Shown: positions 10,307-21,207, counted from the first letter of the whole stretch. The stretch is 60,224 nt of DNA, filler included, from Actinomycetota bacterium (GCA_025963875.1; 5 parts of 5 records of this genome joined end to end with filler, not necessarily neighbours in it); one strand, 5' to 3'. Numbers and translations: made by a program. Notes: generated by a model from the sequence alone, not told the origin.

Positions 10307-13306
10307 TCACAGGGCCAGGTCGGACGCCCTCCGCACAAGCTCGAACTTTGAACGGATCCGAAGCTTGGCGTAGATGCTGGCGAGGTGCCCCTCGACCGTG
10401 CGCTCCCCGATGCAGAGGCGTTCGGCGATCTTCCGGGCGGTCAGCCCGTGGGAGGCCAGGCAGGCCACTTCGCGTTCGCGTCGCGTGAGGGAGGCGGGCC
10501 CCAGCACGGCTCCAGCCGCCCTGCGTCCCCGGCCTCGCAGTGCCCGCAGTGTCGCCAACGCCTCGTCCAGCCGCCAGGCGGCCCCGCAACCGTCGAAGGT
10601 GCCGGCGGCCTGCTCGAGCGCCTCGATGGCCCCTGTCCGGTCGGAGGCGAGCAGGGATCGCCCAAGCACGGAATGGGCGCGCCCGAGGTAGCCGGGGTAG
10701 TCGAGTCCGGACAGGAGGGTGATCGCCCGTTGCGCGCGCGCCGCGGCCTCGTCGACCGCTCCCCGCCCCAGGCTCGCCGTCGCGCCGGCCAGGGCGGCCA
10801 GCCCGCGGTGGAGATTGCGATCGAGACGTTGGGCCACGTCGGCTAGGTCGGCTGCCGCCTTGTCGGCTGCGTCGGTATCCCCCACCTCGACTGCGACCTC
10901 GACCAGGTCGACGAGCGCTGGCGAGGCGAAGGGGAGCAGCTCCTTCTCGAGCAGGCACGACGTCACGTCCCCCAGGACAGCAAGGGCTTCCCTGGGCTTG
11001 CCCTCTCGCCACGTCACCACCGCGTCGGCGTAGGAGGCGTAGTGGCTGAAGAACATGAAGGGGCACTCCTCGTAAATACTCTTCGCTCTGGTGGCGTATG
11101 CCCGAGCGTTGTCCAGCTCGCCGGCTTCGGCCCCCGACAGAGCGGCGAGCGCCAGGAGCAGGCCGCGTCGCTTGCTCGTCCCGACGGGCTTCCAGGCGAC
11201 GCCCTCCTGGACGGCGACGAGCGTCTCCCGGTTGTCGCCCCTCATCCAGTGAACGTACGACTCAAATCTGGGAAGAGCGGCGGCATTGACCCCCTTCGCC
11301 TGCTTGACGGCGTCCAGCGCCTCTTGCATGCGTCCCTCGTGGGCGAGCAAGATGGCCAGCAGCGAGAGGATCCAGGTCTGCTCAGCAAGCTTCCCGTCTT
11401 CGGCCGCGATGGCAAGGCCGAGTCGCAGGACCGCTTCCGCCTCCTCGAACCGGCCGCGGAACGTGGCGGCGGATCCGGTGATCGTGCAGGCCTGCATCAG
11501 GGCACCCCGTTCGCCGTGCCGTTGGGCCTCTTCCACCACCCGCCTGCCCTCCGCCTCCATCCCCGCCAGGTCGCAGGCGATCCCTTTGATCGCGGCGAGC
11601 GCGTTGCGTGCGAGGAGGGTCCTGGAAACGTTCCCGGTCCGCTCGAAGAGCTCCACGGCCTCCCTGCAGACCCGGTCGGCCTCCTCGATCTCGGGGGTGC
11701 CCCACGCCAGGAAGCTCGCCAGGCGGAAACTGATCGTGGCCCGAGCTTCGAGATCTGGAGACCGAGCGAGCACGGCGCTCATCTCCCGCATCGCCCGGAC
11801 GCCCAGGAACGTGTTGTCCGCTTGGTGGTCGACGACCCAGTCGGCGCGCCACGACATCGCTGCCGCCACATCGGCCCAGAGCGGATCGCCGCTGGGCACC
11901 AGTTCGGCCAGAGCGCCGAGGATCTCCAACGCCTCTCTCTCGGTCTCGCGCTGCTCGGCCTGGCGCAGAGCCTCGCGGAGCGCCTCGATGGCTTCCAGAT
12001 CTCCGGGATCGGCCGACCGGGTGAAGTGCGGCGCCGCGTCCCCGGGCCGTCCGGAGGCGAGGAGGGACCGGCCCACCAAGCGGTGGAGCGCCCGGCGCCG
12101 CCCATCTCGGATGCGCTGGTAGATGGCTTGCTGGATGAGCGGGTGGCCGATCTCCCAGGTCAGCTCGCGCCCCCGCCACTCCTCCAGGACCATCCCTGCC
12201 GACAAGAGACCCGACAACGTCTCGTCCAGAAGGTCCCGGGGAAGGTTGCTCATCGCCGCCAGCTCCGCGTTCCCGGCGCGACGTCCGAGCACCGCCAACA
12301 TTTCCAGCGTGGCCAGCCCGGGCTCGTCGATCCGGCTCAGGCGGTTTCGCAGACAGTCCGCCAACGCCTCGGGGATTCGCCGGAGGACCGGCGCAGCCAG
12401 GTCCGCCTTCTCGTCGATGAGGGCCTGGAGGAGGCCGAGGGCGAAGAGAGGGTTCCCCCGGCTCCTCTCGCTGAGCCAGTCCACCAGCACCTGGGGAGCT
12501 GGCCCACCGACAACCCCGGCGGCCAGCTCGCCGACCGCGGCGGCATCCAGCGGCTGGACCGGTAGCTGTTGCAACAACGCTTCTTGCTCCAAGCCAGGGA
12601 GCACCTGCGGAGCAAACGGATGGTCCGCAAGCTCCATGGGCCGGGCGGCGGCCACGATGAACAGGCGGCCCTCGGGAAGGTTGTGGACCAGATAGGAGAG
12701 GGCCTCCCAGGAGGACGAGTCGGCGAGGTGAACGTCATCGAGGACGACAATGACCGGGTTCTGCCGGGCAAGGTTCGACAGCGCCACGGCCAGGGCCTGG
12801 AGGAGCTGGAGTTGCGGCGGCTCTCGTTCCGGGACGGAGCCCCGGACGACCGCCACGCTGCGGAGCAGACCCGCCAGGTCATCCAGGAACCCGCCACAGA
12901 CAGTCACCACCTCCTCGGCGGGGACGGTACGCAGGTAACCCTCAAGGGCCTCGGCCCACAGCCCGAACGAAGCGCTGCCCCCGAACAGGTACCCACGAGC
13001 CGACAGGACGAGGGGTCGGGGACGCGCACGAGCCACGAACTCGGTGGCCAGCCGGGTCTTGCCAACTCCAGCCTCGCCAACGAGAAGAACGCATCGCAAG
13101 TTTCCGACCCGCGACTCGGCAAGCCCGGCCCGCAGTACGGCAAGCTCTCGCGCCCGTCCAACGAATCTGGGGCCCCGCGACGGCGGGGAGCTGTGGCTGT
13201 TCGAGTGGGTACCCGCCAACCCTATGGACAGTCCGGGCCTCATACCCTGCCCCCCATCCACCGAGTAGGTCCCCTCGAACGAGCGTTTTATCCTACCCCC
13301 GGCCAC
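10307..13306 (-). CDS. LAL-type LuxR regulator (AAA ATPase + TPR + LuxR HTH); start uncertain
   Basis: FVGRAREL, GEAGVGKT, LDDVHLAD, GNPLF; C-terminal LTRREREVA...TVEGHLASIYAKL. Confidence 0.92.
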   Translation of the reverse strand: MAGGRIKRSFEGTYSVDGGQGMRPGLSIGLAGTHSNSHSSPPSRGPRFVGRARELAVLRAGLAESRVGNLRCVLLVGEAGVGKTRLATEFVARARPRPLVLSARGYLFGGSASFGLWAEALEGYLRTVPAEEVVTVCGGFLDDLAGLLRSVAVVRGSVPEREPPQLQLLQALAVALSNLARQNPVIVVLDDVHLADSSSWEALSYLVHNLPEGRLFIVAAARPMELADHPFAPQVLPGLEQEALLQQLPVQPLDAAAVGELAAGVVGGPAPQVLVDWLSERSRGNPLFALGLLQALIDEKADLAAPVLRRIPEALADCLRNRLSRIDEPGLATLEMLAVLGRRAGNAELAAMSNLPRDLLDETLSGLLSAGMVLEEWRGRELTWEIGHPLIQQAIYQRIRDGRRRALHRLVGRSLLASGRPGDAAPHFTRSADPGDLEAIEALREALRQAEQRETEREALEILGALAELVPSGDPLWADVAAAMSWRADWVVDHQADNTFLGVRAMREMSAVLARSPDLEARATISFRLASFLAWGTPEIEEADRVCREAVELFERTGNVSRTLLARNALAAIKGIACDLAGMEAEGRRVVEEAQRHGERGALMQACTITGSAATFRGRFEEAEAVLRLGLAIAAEDGKLAEQTWILSLLAILLAHEGRMQEALDAVKQAKGVNAAALPRFESYVHWMRGDNRETLVAVQEGVAWKPVGTSKRRGLLLALAALSGAEAGELDNARAYATRAKSIYEECPFMFFSHYASYADAVVTWREGKPREALAVLGDVTSCLLEKELLPFASPALVDLVEVAVEVGDTDAADKAAADLADVAQRLDRNLHRGLAALAGATASLGRGAVDEAAARAQRAITLLSGLDYPGYLGRAHSVLGRSLLASDRTGAIEALEQAAGTFDGCGAAWRLDEALATLRALRGRGRRAAGAVLGPASLTRREREVACLASHGLTARKIAERLCIGERTVEGHLASIYAKLRIRSKFELVRRASDLAL

Positions 13307-13527
13307 GGGGCGCCGGTCAGGCCCTCGACGAAGTTACGGTCCGAATGTGCCGGTCTCCACCAGGCCACCAAAATCCCGTCAATCCCCGTCTTCCGAACTT
13401 AATCCCTGAGAAACCCGACAGAAATCCTCTGCGCCGAGAATGGTCGCCGAGGAGGTCGGCCTCGTCGCACGTGCCACGTGTACCGGTAGGAAGCGAGCGA
13501 ATCGACTCGCAGAGAGGAGTCTGGGAG

Positions 13528-13905
13528 ATGGGGCCCACAAAAACGGATGTGCGCACCGAAGAATTCATGCTCGACTATCTGGACAACGCCGTGATCGGGC
13601 TTCACTGGGTTGACGGCAACGCGATGACCATTTGGGCGAACAAGGCCGACTACGAGCCGCTCGGCTACACCGAAGACGAGTACGTGGGGCACAGCATCAC
13701 CGAGTTCCACGCCGATCCCGACGTGATCGCCGACATCCTCCAGCGTCTTCTCGGTGGTGAATCGCTCTACAACTACAAGGCCCGCCTCCTCTGCAAGGAC
13801 GGGTCGACCATGAGCGTGCTCATCGCGTCCAGCGGCCTGTTCGACGAGGACGGCAACTTCGTCCACACGCGCTGCTTCACCATCAAAGACCCAAGTGCGG
13901 CGTAA
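13528..13905 (+). CDS. Stand-alone PAS-domain protein
   Basis: LDNAVIGLHWVD..WANKA..LGY..EYVGHSITEFH...CKDGS...HTRCF. Confidence 0.88.
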   Translation: MGPTKTDVRTEEFMLDYLDNAVIGLHWVDGNAMTIWANKADYEPLGYTEDEYVGHSITEFHADPDVIADILQRLLGGESLYNYKARLLCKDGSTMSVLIASSGLFDEDGNFVHTRCFTIKDPSAA

Positions 13906-14289
13906 CACGCCTCGATCGGTACCTGGGCCGACCGACCCGGCCCCGGGTACCTTCACAGCTCCCGATCAAGCTCCGACCTCAGCCCGCTCGGGCAGTGGTG
14001 ACCATGGCGCAGTCGCGAATGAAGGTGCTGCTGGAGGCGGGACGTTACGCGAGAGTCGGTGGCCCAGGTCTGCCGCCGGCACGGCAGCTCACGAGACACC
14101 GACTACCTGTACCGGCGCCTGACACCTCACCGATGGGAGGAAAGGCAGCCACCAGAGACATGGCAACGCCGGCGGGTTCAGGCCTCGGTGGTTTGAGGGT
14201 TTTAGTATGGGTGGACGTCGGGCGCTGGACGAGGGGCAGGAGTGGGACGTAAGCGAGCCAGCTTCCGTGAGGGCACGAGCGAGGCCGAG

Positions 14290-15677
14290 ATGGGCTACGC
14301 GCAGGCCCTCCGGGACATCCGCGATGCGCGGGCGGAGACCCAGGAGGAACTCGGGCGGCTCCTGGGTTGGAGCGCCCCCGTGGTCTCTCGATTCGAGGCG
14401 GCCAACTGACACCGGCTCCCCAGCCCAAGGCCTTGGCCGCTCTTCTTTCCAATGAGGAGTGGCAAGCCCGAGCCCTGGAAGGGGCCGGACTGTACGAGCT
14501 GCTGGAGAAGCGATACCCGGGCTACCCCGTCCTCACGTTGCCGGGCGACGAGTCCAGCCTGCTGCCCGTGTGGGCCGAGGTGGCCTCCCCGGAACAGTGG
14601 TCGGACACGGAGGCGGGGCTGGGCAGGCTGAAGGTCTCCTTGCCGATGCCGCACGTGCGGGACTGGAACAGCGGGGAGGACTACGACCCGAGGGCGGAGA
14701 CCGATTTTCGCCGGCACCTCGATGACTGGGACCGGCAGGTCCGGGAAACGCAGACTGGCCGGCGGGCGCATCTGGACAAGTGGAACCAGCTCACGTACGA
14801 CCTTGACCGCATCGAGCGGACCGACACTGGCCTCAAGATGCACTGCAAGATGGGCACGTACTTCCACTCGCTTGCGACGTCGGAGTCCCTTGCCGACGAG
14901 GTGATGGAGGTGTACGCAGCATGGCCCGACTACACGCCGGAGGACGGGTGGCCAAGGCTGGAGCGGCGTTGCTGGTTGCACGAACGAGTCGCTGACCCGG
15001 TGATCGACGGAGCGCACCGTTCCTCTGCGATCGGGGTCTCGACGCTGACGGTGGTGCGGGTGCGGCGCACGGGCTTCGATGGCTACAAGATGTTCATCTC
15101 CCCGCGCTCGATCAGGGTGGCGACGAGCCGGCGGCGCTATCACGTGATCCCGTCGGGCATGTTCCAGCCGTTCATCGCCGACGAGTCGGGGCCTTCGATG
15201 CACAGCCAGTTCTCCGTCTCTGCCACCGTGCTCCGGGAGTTCGTGGAGGAGCTCTACGGCGTCGAGGAGCTCGAGACGGGCGACGGGCGCATTGACCCGG
15301 ATGCGATCTACCACCGTCGAGAGGCGAAGTTGCTGACCGGCATGCTGGAGTCGGGGTCGGCTCGGTTGCTCTACACGGGGATCGCGGTCAACCTGCTCGC
15401 GCTCCGCCCCGAGATCTGCACCCTGCTCGTGATCGACGATCCCAGGTGGTTCGAGAGCGAAGGCGGGGAGATCCGGTTCTGCGGGGAGTACCTTCGCCAA
15501 AGCGAGCGGACGGATCTGCTGCCGGACCAGCGGTGGGTGCAGCTCATCGAACTCCACGGAGATGATCTCCAGCCCGAGTTCGGATGGAAGCGGCATCTGC
15601 GGCCGGGGACGCTGGTGGCACCGGGATGGGCGGGGACGGTGCTCGGTCTACAGGTCGCACGTGAGGTGGTCGGCTAA
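14290..15677 (+). pseudogene. XRE-HTH regulator with C-terminal NUDIX-like domain, split by frameshift or deletion
   Basis: 14290-14409 encodes MGYAQALRDIRDARAETQEELGRLLGWSAPVVSRFEAAN*; a different frame continues to 15677 with YHVIPSGMFQP...LREFVEELYG. Confidence 0.65.
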
Positions 15678-15836
15678 CAGGCAGCCTCACGGCAGGCCTG
15701 ACGGCGCAGAGTCCAGCGGCGAAACCGCTGGATTTTTTCTTTCCAAGGTTTTTCTCAACGACTCCTTTCGCTTGGCCGAGACGATGCGGTCCGAAGCCTT
15801 CACCCGTCAGGTGGAGCAAGGACGGAAGGAGCAAGC

Positions 15837-16085
15837 ATGAAGATCCAACTGCCGATCGACACATCCGCCGTCCCGATCATCGACGCCATGCCGCTGGGGC
15901 CGGTACTCGACCGCCAGACCAAGCACCAGAAAGCGGACGCGAACGGCGAGCCGCCGTACTCGATCGAACTGGTACCCATCGTGGCCGAGGGCGGCAGGGG
16001 TCCTGAACGTTCAATTCCCGGGCACTCCCCCGGCCGGGATCCTGCAGGCATGCCACAGTGGCGCCCGACTGGCTTGAACCGATGA
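15837..16085 (+). pseudogene. SCO3933/Pra-like protein of actinomycete integrative elements, degraded
   Basis: IDTSAV...PVLDRQTKHQKADANGEPPYSIEL resembles the family N-terminus; the C-terminus degenerates. Confidence 0.55.
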
Positions 16086-16594
16086 AGCCACAACCACAGT
16101 TCCTGAGGATCCGGTGGGAGGAAACCACGGAGGAGGGTGGCGCTCACGTTGGAGGCGATGGCGTGCCTGCGACATCGCCGGGAGATCGCCCTCGCTTACC
16201 CCAGCGCCCGAGGCGCCGGCGGCCGGGGGGAGGCATGTGACCTCTGCTCGGGACGCCATCCCCGACCCCTCGGATCGGATCTCTCCCAATTCGCGGGCCC
16301 AGCCGGGAAGCGTATAAATCTCGCACCCTCCGCCAGCATGAAGCCGAGTTCAGGTCCCCCGAGGATCGGGGCGGAGCACCGAGACGCCCATTCCCTCACC
16401 CACGCTGTTGGAGGCAGCCTCGTGGTTTGCGTAGGCATCTCAAATCCCGCTGTTAGCCCGTTTTGCTCCTCCAGGGTATTCTTACCCCGCGCATCTACGC
16501 CATGTCCATCAACGTCTGGAGGGAACGCCAGGACTACGAACCGGCCGGTTTGGAAGAGAGGATTGGGGGGGCCTGACGAGCGGAAGGTGGCGAG

Positions 16595-19348
16595 ATGTCG
16601 ACCCAAGCCCCCGAAAGCAATGACTGGCGGGACCCTCCCGTGCGATCAGATGGCGAGCTACGCTTTCGTCAACTTGCTGAGAGTTTCAGCGATGCGTTCA
16701 TGCTGCGTACGGTCAACCCATCCGAGTTCCTCTACGTAAGCCCCGCGTACGAGCGTATCTTCGAGCGCAGCGTCGATTCCCTCTACAAGAACCCCTCGTC
16801 ATTCCTCGACGCGGTCCACCCCGACGACCGTGAGCGGGTGGAGGAACAGCTCACGGTTCAGGGCCCTCGGCCCTTACTCGAGATGGAATACCGGATCGTC
16901 CGCCCCGATGGAACCGTCCGGTGGATTCGAGCAAAGCGAGCCCTGGTTGACGGAGTTGGCAGCGCTATGAGAGTCGCCGGCACGGTCGAGGACATTACCG
17001 ATCACAGAACGGCGGAAAAGGCGAGACGGGAGACCGAACAGCTCTTCCGCCTGCTTGTGGAGAACGTCGCTGACTACGCCATCATGATGCTCGACGACCA
17101 GGGTGTGATCGTGAGCTGGAACGCGGGAGCCGAGCGGATCACCGGGTATGCCGGCCGCGAGATCATCGGCAGGCACGTCTCCGTTTTCTACAGTCCGAAC
17201 CAGGTTCACGCGGGCCATCCGGAACACGCTCTGGCAACGGCGGAGGAGACCGGGCGCTTCGAAGAGGAGGGTCTGCGGATACGAAAAGACGGATCGACCT
17301 ACCTGGCAGACGTCGTGATCGCGCCGGTGCACAACCCTGACGGCTCGCTTCGAGGTTTCGCAGAGGTTACCCGGGACGTGACGGCGGTGCGGGAGCGGGA
17401 GGCGGGGCTTCGCACGTTGATGGACGCGAACATCGTCGGGGTCATCGTCGCTGATTCCGAGTTCATCCTCGACGCGAACGACCTCTTCCTCGGCATAGCC
17501 GGGTACACCCGCACTGATCTCAGCGCCGGACTCCATATTCGGAACCTCACGCCCTCCAACCGGCTGGAGGCTGGTGCGGGTGTACGGGCCGAGCTCCTCG
17601 AACGGGGAGCCTTCACACCCTACGAGTCGGAACTCAACCACAAGGACGGGAGGCGCATCCCAATCCTTTTCGGCGGCGCCCTCCTGAGGGCGGAACCGTT
17701 GAAATGCATCTGCTTTGCGCTAGACCTGTCCGAAGCCAAGCGAACCGAGTCCGCGTTGAAGAACTCACAGGCTGAGGCGGCTCGCGCGAACGACGCCAAG
17801 ACGGAGTTTCTGTCTCGCATGAGCCATGAGCTGCGGACGCCCTTGAACGCCATCCTGGGCTTTGCCCAGCTTCTGGAGCTGGGGGACACCTCCGGCTATC
17901 AGCGCGAATACGTGGAAAACATTCTGAAGGGCGGTCGTCATCTCCTGGATTTGATCAACGAGGTGCTCGACATCTCCCGTCTCGAAAGCGGAAAGATACG
18001 CCTATCGCTCGAACCGGTGTCGTTGTCCGACGTGGCGTCTGAGGCGCTGGACCTGATCCAGCCGATGGCCTCAGCCGGCGCAGTCCGCCTTGCAAGCCTC
18101 CCGACGTTCGCAGGCGCGGTCCACGTCCACGCGGACCGGCAACGTCTTTTGCAGGTGCTGCTCAATGTGCTGTCGAACGCCGTCAAGTACAACCGCCCAG
18201 GTGGCGATGTCCGCATCGAGTGCGAAGCACTCGACGGCACGTGGGTCCGACTCGTCGTCACGGATACCGGCATCGGCATCGCCGAGCATGACGTTGCTCG
18301 CCTCTTCACGGCGTTCGAGCGGCTGGGAGCGGAGGATTCGATCGAAGGCAGCGGGCTGGGGTTGGCACTGAGCCGGCGGCTGGTGGAAGCGATGGGTGGG
18401 CGGATCGGGCTGACCAGCAAGGCGGACAAGGGCACCAGCGTCTGGATCGAGCTGACCGCTCTGGCACCTCCATCTCTGGATGGGACGGCGGCATGGGAGG
18501 AGGACGAGACGAGCGTCAAAACGGCGCCGGCCGTGGCCAGCGTCCTATACGTCGAAGACAACATCGCAAACGTTAAATTGGTCGAGCACATCGTCTCCCT
18601 CCGGCCCGGCATCACGTTGCTGTCGGCAATGCAGGGAAGTGTGGGCCTGGAGCTGGCCCATGAGCATCGCCCTGCACTGGTTCTGTTGGACCTCAACCTT
18701 CCGGATATTGGCGGCCTCGAGGTCCTCCGCAGGCTCCGGGGTGATCCAGCCACGGAGGGGATCCCCGTCGTAGTCGTGAGCGCCGACGCCAGCCCGGGCC
18801 AAAGCCAGCGCCTCTTGGCCGCCGGGGCATCCGGCTACCTCACCAAGCCCTACGAGATCGCAAGCCTCCTGGAATTGATCAACCTGCATTGCGTGTCCGG
18901 CGATCCCCCGGGTCCTCAACCCGATCCCCCCAGCGCCAAGCCCCCGAGTGTCCAAGGACTGAGCGTCGACAACATCCTCGACGCCTCTGTCATCGCCGGG
19001 TTCCGGCGACTCGAAGAAAGGGGCGGACCGTCCATGGTGGGGCAGATGATCGGTTCCTTCCTTGCCGAGACTACCGTCGAGCTGCCCGCGCTCGCCGCGG
19101 CCGCCGCGGCTTCCGATGTAGAAAAGGTCCATGAGTTGACGCACCTTCTGCGAGGGAGCACCGCCTGCTATGGGGCGCACCGCATGACGGCGAGCTGCCA
19201 CAAGCTCCAAGAATTAATTGAGTCCGGGAAGCTGCCCGAGGTACAGGCAGGGGTGCGACTCCTCGAAGCTGAGTTCGTGGAAGTGCGGAAGGCGCTCGTT
19301 GCTGAGTTCCCGTCGCTGGGAAGCAATATGGCCCGACGTGACCATTAA
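16595..19348 (+). CDS. Hybrid sensor histidine kinase (3xPAS-HisKA-HATPase-REC-Hpt)
   Basis: Three PAS domains, MSHELRTPLNAILGF, NAVKYN, DTGIGI, GSGLGL, LLDLNLPD, HLLRGS. Confidence 0.95.
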   Translation: MSTQAPESNDWRDPPVRSDGELRFRQLAESFSDAFMLRTVNPSEFLYVSPAYERIFERSVDSLYKNPSSFLDAVHPDDRERVEEQLTVQGPRPLLEMEYRIVRPDGTVRWIRAKRALVDGVGSAMRVAGTVEDITDHRTAEKARRETEQLFRLLVENVADYAIMMLDDQGVIVSWNAGAERITGYAGREIIGRHVSVFYSPNQVHAGHPEHALATAEETGRFEEEGLRIRKDGSTYLADVVIAPVHNPDGSLRGFAEVTRDVTAVREREAGLRTLMDANIVGVIVADSEFILDANDLFLGIAGYTRTDLSAGLHIRNLTPSNRLEAGAGVRAELLERGAFTPYESELNHKDGRRIPILFGGALLRAEPLKCICFALDLSEAKRTESALKNSQAEAARANDAKTEFLSRMSHELRTPLNAILGFAQLLELGDTSGYQREYVENILKGGRHLLDLINEVLDISRLESGKIRLSLEPVSLSDVASEALDLIQPMASAGAVRLASLPTFAGAVHVHADRQRLLQVLLNVLSNAVKYNRPGGDVRIECEALDGTWVRLVVTDTGIGIAEHDVARLFTAFERLGAEDSIEGSGLGLALSRRLVEAMGGRIGLTSKADKGTSVWIELTALAPPSLDGTAAWEEDETSVKTAPAVASVLYVEDNIANVKLVEHIVSLRPGITLLSAMQGSVGLELAHEHRPALVLLDLNLPDIGGLEVLRRLRGDPATEGIPVVVVSADASPGQSQRLLAAGASGYLTKPYEIASLLELINLHCVSGDPPGPQPDPPSAKPPSVQGLSVDNILDASVIAGFRRLEERGGPSMVGQMIGSFLAETTVELPALAAAAAASDVEKVHELTHLLRGSTACYGAHRMTASCHKLQELIESGKLPEVQAGVRLLEAEFVEVRKALVAEFPSLGSNMARRDH

Positions 19349-19636
19349 CCGTAGCTAATCCGACGAGGCCCTATCGGACAAGAGGCTCTGCGTTTCCGAA
19401 GGCGGAAATGTCTCGTGGGCCCGCCGGCCCGTTCATACACTCATAATCCAAGAGCCTCGAAATCACCGCAAGTGTCCCACTGGTCGCAGGTTCGATCCCT
19501 GCGGGTCACGATCCAATCGGGCATCGATGCCTGCTCTCGAGCGCTCCTTCGAGTGGGGGCCTTGAGTGACGCCTGGACGGTGGGGCATAGTTCAAGCCTC
19601 TTTATAGCTCTCTGCAAGTCTTAACACTCTTCTATA

Positions 19637-19666
19637 TTGACATGTCCTACCAGCGGGATCTACACT
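19637..19666 (+). promoter_or_regulatory. sigma70-type promoter candidate
   Basis: TTGACA-N18-TACACT upstream of the secreted-protein gene. Confidence 0.5.
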
Positions 19667-19748
19667 TCCACTCGGGCGTCTCACCGGGATAGGGACGACT
19701 GTGACAGTAGCCCCTGGCTGCCCACCTCCCAAGAGAAGGCGGAAGACG

Positions 19749-20336
19749 GTGCCCTATGCAGGACGAAGTGGAGGCAGACACTCCCGAGTCAAGTTCGCGT
19801 TCTTTGCGATCGTGCTACTTAGCGGGATACTGCAAGCGCCTGCAGAGGCTCAAATGCATTCGTCGGGGATGGGAATGGGGACCGTCATGGTTCAGGGTCA
19901 TCCACATCTGGTTCCGACTGACTTGGCAAACAAGATTAGCTCTCAGGACTGGACAGGCTTGACGGCAAGTCAGTTGGCAAAGGCTGGCATTTATCCAGGG
20001 ATGTCTTCGGCAGACAGGGCACCGAAGGCGACGGTTAAGCCGAGGACAGTGCATCGTCAGTCAGCATTTGGCTGCACAGCAAACGTTTGCATTTATGTGT
20101 TCGGCCAGGGGACTTACGTATCTGACTGGGACACATCAGCGGCCAACGGCTACGGGTACTTCTGTTCCTTCGCGGCGTACTACACAAATGCGAGCATCAA
20201 CGCGACGAGTAACCAGGTGTGTGGCAGCGGTGACTTTTGGGCATACTGGAACATTCGGTACAACTTTCCCAAGGATACGGTGCTGTGCAACAGGTGGGTT
20301 GGGTTTGCCGGTACGCCTTGTGAACTAGTCTATTGA
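19749..20336 (+). CDS. Secreted Cys-containing protein with putative pro-region; start uncertain
   Basis: Signal peptide ending APAEA-Q; C-terminal 6-Cys beta-rich domain GCTANVCIYV...LCNRWVGFAGTPC; lower GC than flanks. Confidence 0.7.
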   Translation: MPYAGRSGGRHSRVKFAFFAIVLLSGILQAPAEAQMHSSGMGMGTVMVQGHPHLVPTDLANKISSQDWTGLTASQLAKAGIYPGMSSADRAPKATVKPRTVHRQSAFGCTANVCIYVFGQGTYVSDWDTSAANGYGYFCSFAAYYTNASINATSNQVCGSGDFWAYWNIRYNFPKDTVLCNRWVGFAGTPCELVY

Positions 20337-20611
20337 GTCACCATGACAAGGAGCATCCTGGTATGAGGTCACGGCCAAGGCTTAGAGCTCGTCTGCACTT
20401 TCGAGTAGCTCGACTCTTCATGCGTTCGAAGAGTTCTCGAGGCCAGCCTTCCGAGGTTGGAGGTGTGCCGACAGATCAGGGGTGGGAAGGACTCACAGCT
20501 CAAGATCTGGCCAAGGATGGCGTGGTCCCGGGCATCGCACCCAAGGGCCTGGGTGCACCCCGAGCGTTCAATACTCGACCTGGTCCGCCGCCCTCGGATT
20601 GGCCGGGTTAG
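20333..20611 (+). CDS. Small protein sharing a 20-aa motif with the upstream secreted protein
   Basis: QGWEGLTAQDLAKDGVVPGI; start overlaps upstream stop (alternative ATG at 20363). Confidence 0.45.
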   Translation: MSHHDKEHPGMRSRPRLRARLHFRVARLFMRSKSSRGQPSEVGGVPTDQGWEGLTAQDLAKDGVVPGIAPKGLGAPRAFNTRPGPPPSDWPG

Positions 20612-21141
20612 GTGCCTGCAGGCTAACCAGGCAGGACGACCCTCCGACCGAGGGCCGAGGGCGGCGACCGCAGGGAACTGGCCTTGGCCATCAGCCTTTT
20701 TGCCGGCCCCGACCATCGTGCGATGGAGGGGACAGCAGGGGTGTCCGGCATGTCGCTGGCCTGCGGCTATGGCCGTCTTGGGCGGTCAGAAGGCATTTCT
20801 TGGTGCCGGTCAGTTGCCTTGTTCTGTGGTACATCGGGAGGCCACATTCAGGCCACATTCCATCCACAACTCACAAGGATGCAATGTGGAGCCTGCTCGC
20901 TGCCATGGACAGGGGTCCGGGCCCCCAGAGGTTGGCAGGGTAGGAACCGCGCAGCTGAAGGTATAGGCCTGCGGCCGTGCCACCAGGTATGCAACCCAGG
21001 CTCCACCCCCGGTCAGCGCGGAAAGGATGCTGCATCCGATCACCCAGGCGCGGTCGCGGATCCGGCGCCACAGAGCGATTTGAATTCGGAGGACCAACAG
21101 CACCGGGATCAGGAGCGCGCTGATAACGCCGATGGTCAGAC

Positions 21142-21207
21142 TTAGCGGCATGCTCCCGAACCCAGGTCACGCACGTAGGTGAAGCCCGCGTCGGACAGCA
21201 TGGTCAT
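21142..21207 (-). pseudogene. cheR: CheR N-terminal stub
   Basis: ATGA-coupled to cheB; MTMLSDAGFTYVRDL then unrelated sequence and a stop. Confidence 0.6.
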
